This document shows, piece by piece, positions 58,418 through 64,000 of a stretch of 64,000 bases of DNA (its first letter is position 1; each line of letters opens with the position of its first letter). Source of the stretch: the human T2T-CHM13v2.0 reference genome, Homo sapiens. Where the stretch lies: assembly GCF_009914755.1 (NCBI RefSeq), contig NC_060937.1; one strand, 5' to 3'. Below the pieces are notes generated by a model. The model saw only the letters and a program-made list of their open reading frames with translations. It ran no database searches and was not told the origin of the DNA. The position numbers were made by a program, and so were the translations under genes.

Positions 58418-61400
58418 TAAAAATTTAAATGTATTTCACTTACTGTTTTCCAGTTTTATTTCTCTTTATTTTCAATATGCCAAATCTAACAAATGAAATA
58501 TAACTAGGAAAATAATGATTTTGTAATATTTCGTATGCTTATAAAAGGTGTCATGATTTTATTTTTAAATTATATAGGATATGAGACAAATAAATGGGTT
58601 CACATAACCATAATAAAATGGTTGGCCCCAAAGCTGACCATTTACCATTTTAGTAGCTAGCAGATGTGTGATCCCTCAGAGTAAGAAGGCAAATACTTCA
58701 GGTGCTATAACTGCAAGAGAATGAAAGCCCAAACCTCCCTTCAAGAGCTGCAGACAGTTCAAGTACAGAGGAAGAATACAGGTGGCAGAAGCAAAGGGAA
58801 TCATATTTATAAATTTTGCTACTTCTGGATATATGAAAAACTCTATTCCAAGGAAATGAGGAGAGTCTCTCACATTCTAATTATGCCCTCCAGGTATAAT
58901 ACAGCAAGGGGGGCAACAGTGTGTTTTGGTAAGAGGGAGATGATAAGCTAAAGATTCAATAAATCTTACAAAAGTATCAGTAAGAAAATACAGGAAGAAA
59001 TCTTACAAAAGGAAACTATTAAACCTAAACCAAAATTCTCATATAATTCTCTCCTCTATCTTTTTATAAATTATAAAAAGCATATACTCTATTAATACTT
59101 CTGGATATCAATTATTTACATTAAGGGAAAATGGATATGAGTTTTATTTAAAAAGGGTTTTTCCCAGATATAAAATGGAATTCATTGCAATGGCTCATGT
59201 AACATCAGATTCAAAATAACCCTGAAATCTGATTTTTTAAAATCTTGGTTTAGCCTCTCCTAATCATGGTCTGTTTTTCAGCACACTGTCCCTGATGCCC
59301 AATTCCATGGCCAATTTCCTTCAAGTGTTGGTAACCAGAATAGTTTTAAGATTATAATTCCTTACACGTGGCCACGAGCATGGGAGATTTATGAGTTAGT
59401 ATGTAATATCTATCAGAAAATACCTTTCCCCATAATTATTACAAAACTCCATGTTACTTTTGTTTTCCAATTCCAAACCTGGAAAGGATTTTTATCTCTG
59501 GCATGATGTTTGCCTTCTAACAAGAATGCACACTTGTAATGCTCCATGCAAAGAGGCTACACTTACCTTCCACTGAAAAACTAATCTACAACACTGCAGA
59601 CTTCACTACCTTCTATCAGCCAGCCTGGTTATACCACTAATAATACCACTATTATATACCATCATAAAAATGCACATGTACTATATTATACTTTTCATAG
59701 GACACAATTACAATCCTGTAACTACAAATCATATCCCACTCTACTAAAAAAAATTAATTATTCCCAAAAGCATTTAAATAAAAAACATAAAACAAAAAGA
59801 ACAGTATAATAAACGTTTATATGGAACGGCATCATAATGTTTATACAGAACAAATGTTTAAAGACAATGTTATTTTGACAAGAAATATGTTTTAGTTATC
59901 AGACTGTACCATGAAACTGCTGAAGTTGCTGCCCCGAATAACAGACTATGCTGGCTTTTATATGGGAGAAAGGTTTACTATGCATTGTATAATGTTTAAT
60001 ATTACCTAAAATATTGTTATTATTCACGTACATGCATTACTTTTCAATTTGAAAAACAAAACTAGTGAAGAGCATATCACAATGTGGGCAGAATAATGAT
60101 ACACAAATCTGGACCATATCTTTACATTCAAAATAATATAAAGAATTAAGGTAATTCATTTTTAATCAGGTATTCTCAAATGACTATTTCTATCTGTATG
60201 TATAAGAAATAAAAAAAACCATTTCAACCCCAGATAATTCTTAATAATTCTTATAAGAAATCAAAAAAAATACCATTTCTACCCCAGATAATTCTTAAAT
60301 TCTTAACTTAAAAAACAAACAGAACCAGTACCACCAGAATTCAGAAATCTAGCACTACTATTCTTAAAGCAATATTTTAAAAATAATTTCAAGGTTAAAT
60401 AAAGCAAGATGTTCATTTAAAAATAATTTTAATAAAACAATAGTTTCCTTTTAAAACTTTCAAAAGTTTGGTTTATAGTCACCACTTTAGCATTTTATAA
60501 TATCTGCACATTACATTGTTTTATCTTTTACAACAAATATGTCACCACGAAAGAACAGTTTGACAATGAACTGATTATTTACTAAACTGTCTTTTATTAC
60601 ATGCTAGTCAAATTTTATGAGACACACAAGTCACAAAAGATTGGAACTAAATAGCTATTACTTCACCGAAGTTCAAATAAGAGTGTAATTCAAGAATTTT
60701 CTTGGGCTATGGCTTTATATATTTTTCTAAAATAAATACTGAATGCATGCAATTTATATTTTTATCAGAATAATTCATTTGTAACCAAACAAAACACAAT
60801 TCCATCAATAAGAAAGCCAAACAGAGCTGCTTTCAGTCTTTTGCTAACCCTCTATCTTAAAAAAAATCTATCATACACATCTAATCTTACTTTACCTTCC
60901 CATCCATGTTCTCACCAAATTAAAGAATCAGGACATTTAGTACAGTGATTTTTTTTTTTTTTTTTTTTTTTTTGGTCTCTGTACCAAATACAAGTCCACT
61001 CCCTCTTAGCAAGGGTTCCGGCAAGGGATCCAATTCTGAAGTGCTAAAACCCAACCAATCTTCTAAGCTCATTGCCATCATAATCCCTTGGAAAATCAGT
61101 TCCAGCTACATGTAAATTCAACTGCACCACAGAAGAGTGAAGAATCAACTCTCCATTCCCTGCCCCCTCTCCCACAACAATCCTATCTAGCTCTAAAATT
61201 CTCCACTTAGGAAAGCTCACCAACTTCTGTGAAATCAAAGGCATATATAAACATGCCACCTGCCCTATTCTGTAACTGCATGGCCAGAGACAAACATATA
61301 CCAGGCCAAGAGCCAGAAGGACAGCTTAATCGCACCCTGTACTGACTGTCACTGGATAATCCTACTAAATCTTCTGTCTCAAGTTCTCATACAACAAACA

Positions 61401-62462
61401 GCATTGTCATTAAATACGTACATCTTAACATGTAGTGGGGAAAACATCATCTCTGGAAATACACAGGTCCGTAATTATGCAATTAAGTTTATCCACTAAC
61501 ACTTTCAGTAAGGGTATCGTTTTGTGATTGTGAATGACACTCAAAAAAATAATTAAATAAGGCATACAGTAGCTACACATTATCTTCAAGCAAATATGGA
61601 CAATCTGAAAATTTCCTTTGCCTATTCTTATAATTACTTTACAATATAGAAAGATCTTGTAGCAACAATGGGCATTTCACATAAGTAATAAATGCTTTAC
61701 TCCCTTCATCTTTCCATACTATTTTTTACCCTACTTCATCAGTAAAACAAAGTTTCAGGAGCTACAGCAAGACCATTTTCTTTCTTAAATATTTAATCCC
61801 TTTCATTATTAAATTTTCTAACAACAAAAACTGCTACTTCTCCTGGCACAGCACAGAACCAACGACCCCAGTCTTATAGACAACACAGTCCAAGCAACCA
61901 CAAATCCTTTGAAATACATGAGTGACCTTACCTGAATGTTTTCCCAAGCCTTGCCTCCAAATAGTAAAGGTTGGCTTTACTGGAAATCCAATTTAGGTGA
62001 AAGCTTCTGTATCCCATTACTTACTCTATAATCCAGTTAGCTTTCTCCAAGAGATTAAGTTAAAAAAAAAAAGTTTACCAAAACCAAATCAGATCCACAA
62101 AAATAGAATACCAATAAAAGGCAGTGTAACCAAACTAAAAAAAGAAGTATCACTGAAGCCAACATACCACACATACCTGCCAAACATTCTTGTTACAAAA
62201 TGATATTGTCATTTATGATTAGCATTGCCAAAACCCTTAAGCATTTATGAACACCAGGTGAACTACTAGCCGAACTATATTTATAGTGAACAAACATCCG
62301 AAAACTGAGCTAATACTTCTGAACGGGCTTCTTTCAATAATTAAATAATAAATATATAATAATAAATATTTGCTGAGCATCTGTGCTAGGGCTCAACAAT
62401 GCAGTGAGCAAAAGCATGGCCCATGCTTTCACGGAGCTTCGCGCAGTAGGTAAACAGACACT

Positions 62463-62790
62463 ACTGTTGTCCCTCAATATCCGGAGGGGGACTGGTTGCA
62501 GGACCTCCCATGGTTACCAAAATCCACAGATGCTCTGATATAAATCCAGAGTCTCTGATATAAAATGGCATCATATTTGCATGTAACTTATAAACATCCC
62601 ATATACTTTAAATCACCTCTAGATTAATTATAATACCCAATACCATGTAAGTGCTATGTACATTGTTGCACTGTTTTTAAAATTTGTATTTTTTTAATTG
62701 TTGTATTGTTATTTTTTAGTTATAATATTTTTGATCCTCAGTTGAATCCAAGGATGTGGAACCCACAAACCTGGAGGGCTAACCGTACTT
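62463..62790. mobile_element. MER2 (TcMar-Tigger) element
   Basis: gtccctcaatatcc...ggggactggtt..caggacc...aaatcacctctagatta...ttgaatccaaggatgtggaaccc. Confidence 0.8.
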
Positions 62791-63369
62791 AAATAATCTA
62801 AGGAATGAAAAATTACAGCTGAGAAGGGAGCCAAATGGGGAAAAAAATCATATACAACATGCATAGGGAGAAAATAGCAAAAGAAAGCCAACCTGGTCTA
62901 GGCTGAAGTACAATTAGGTGATCAGGCAAAGAGAGAGGACCCAGGCAGAGAAGCAGTGTGTGCAAGGAACAAGGTAGAAGGAAAGCTGGCCTGTGAGTGC
63001 AGCTCTACCAGAAGAGCTATGAGAGGGAGGTGGTGATGAGACCGCCCCGGACCCCAGCGCCCACTATCAAATGGGGATGATGGTATGATGGAGGATCACA
63101 GGACCAGGACACTTTCTTTGCACAACAGTGATCTAAAACAGAATGAGAAGCAAGTGAATTTTGTCTCCAGAGTCTCAGAGTAACATGGGGCTACAAAGTG
63201 CAGAGGAATTCGCTCTCTGGGCCACAGAGTGATTTTTAACATCTACCAAATCACAGAAACTGTGGACTTTGCACCACTGGGTCTGGGTAGGTGGATACTT
63301 TCATAAATCACCTGCTGCACATAGAAAAGCTACATATAATAATCCTTAACAAATATAATGGTTTGCAGA

Positions 63370-63820
63370 TAATACAATTATGTATATAATTCATTAGCAT
63401 TAATAAGCAAGTTCAGCAAGATTACAGGATACAAGATCAACATACAAAAATCATTTGTATTTTTCTCTATATAGTGTGAAAATGAAATTTAAAAAACAAT
63501 TTACAATTGAATAATAAAAAAATACTCACAAGCCTGGGCAACACAGCGAAACTCAACCCCTACAAAAATCAGCCAGGCATCATGATGCGTGCCTATAGTC
63601 CCAGTTACTCAAGAGGCTGAAGTTGAGAGGATAGCTTGAGCCCAAGAAGTCGAGGCTGCCAAGAGCCATGATTACACCCCTGCACTCCAGCCTGGGCAAC
63701 AGGGCGAGACCCAGTCTCAAAAAAAAAATGTACTTAGAATAAATTTAATAATCTTTTGCTCTGGAAACTATAAAACAGTGTTGAAAGAAATAAAAAAAAA
63801 AAAACCTTTAATAAATAAAT
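63370..63820 (+). mobile_element. L1 ORF2 remnant interrupted by a truncated Alu (63530-63728)
   Basis: gttcagcaagattacaggatacaagatcaacatacaaaaatca; gaaactataaaacagtgttgaaagaaat. Confidence 0.75.
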
Positions 63821-63821
63821 C

Positions 63822-64000
63822 CAGGTCAAGCCCAGTGGCTCATGCCTGTAATCCCAGCACTTTTGGATGCCAAAGCGGGAGGATCACTTGAGCCCAGGAG
63901 AGTTTGAGGACAGCCTGGGCAACATAGTGGGATCCTGCCCTACAAAAAAATTTAAAAATTAGCCAGGTGTGGTGATGTGTACCTGTGGTTCTAGCTACTT
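63822..64000 (+). mobile_element. AluJ (runs off the end of the window)
   Basis: gtggctcatgcctgtaatcccagcac. Confidence 0.88.

Noticed and set aside
63040-63068. Short GC/CpG-rich patch
   Set aside because: Too short to be an island, with no recognisable motif or exon context.

Overview
Primate (very likely human) genomic DNA, AT-rich and Alu-dense. The minus strand carries the 3' part of XPO4 (exportin-4). I resolved 17 coding exons by hand from splice sites and translation (about exons 7-23, numbered from my recollection of the gene). They run from 56323 down to the TAA stop at 12870-12872, and their phases join into one open frame ending ...GGLLCVK*. A ~6.4-kb, Alu-free 3'UTR follows, with a distal AATAAA at 6498-6503. 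About 3.4 kb further downstream on the same strand is a CpG-island promoter with NRF1-like motifs and a first-exon donor, probably EEF1AKMT1 (N6AMT2) by recalled synteny. The most notable sequence-level observations are: two minor-spliceosome (U12-type) introns, one with rare AT-AG termini and one ending in AC; a spacer-less inverted Alu fusion; a template-switch hairpin inside an Alu; a decayed hAT transposase dimerisation-domain remnant next to an E-box/SMAD motif cluster; and a CpG-retaining double hairpin in intron 13. Most ORF-track entries are Alu or low-complexity artefacts. I found no convincing evidence of a wholly new biological system. Repeat coordinates and subfamily calls are by eye and approximate.
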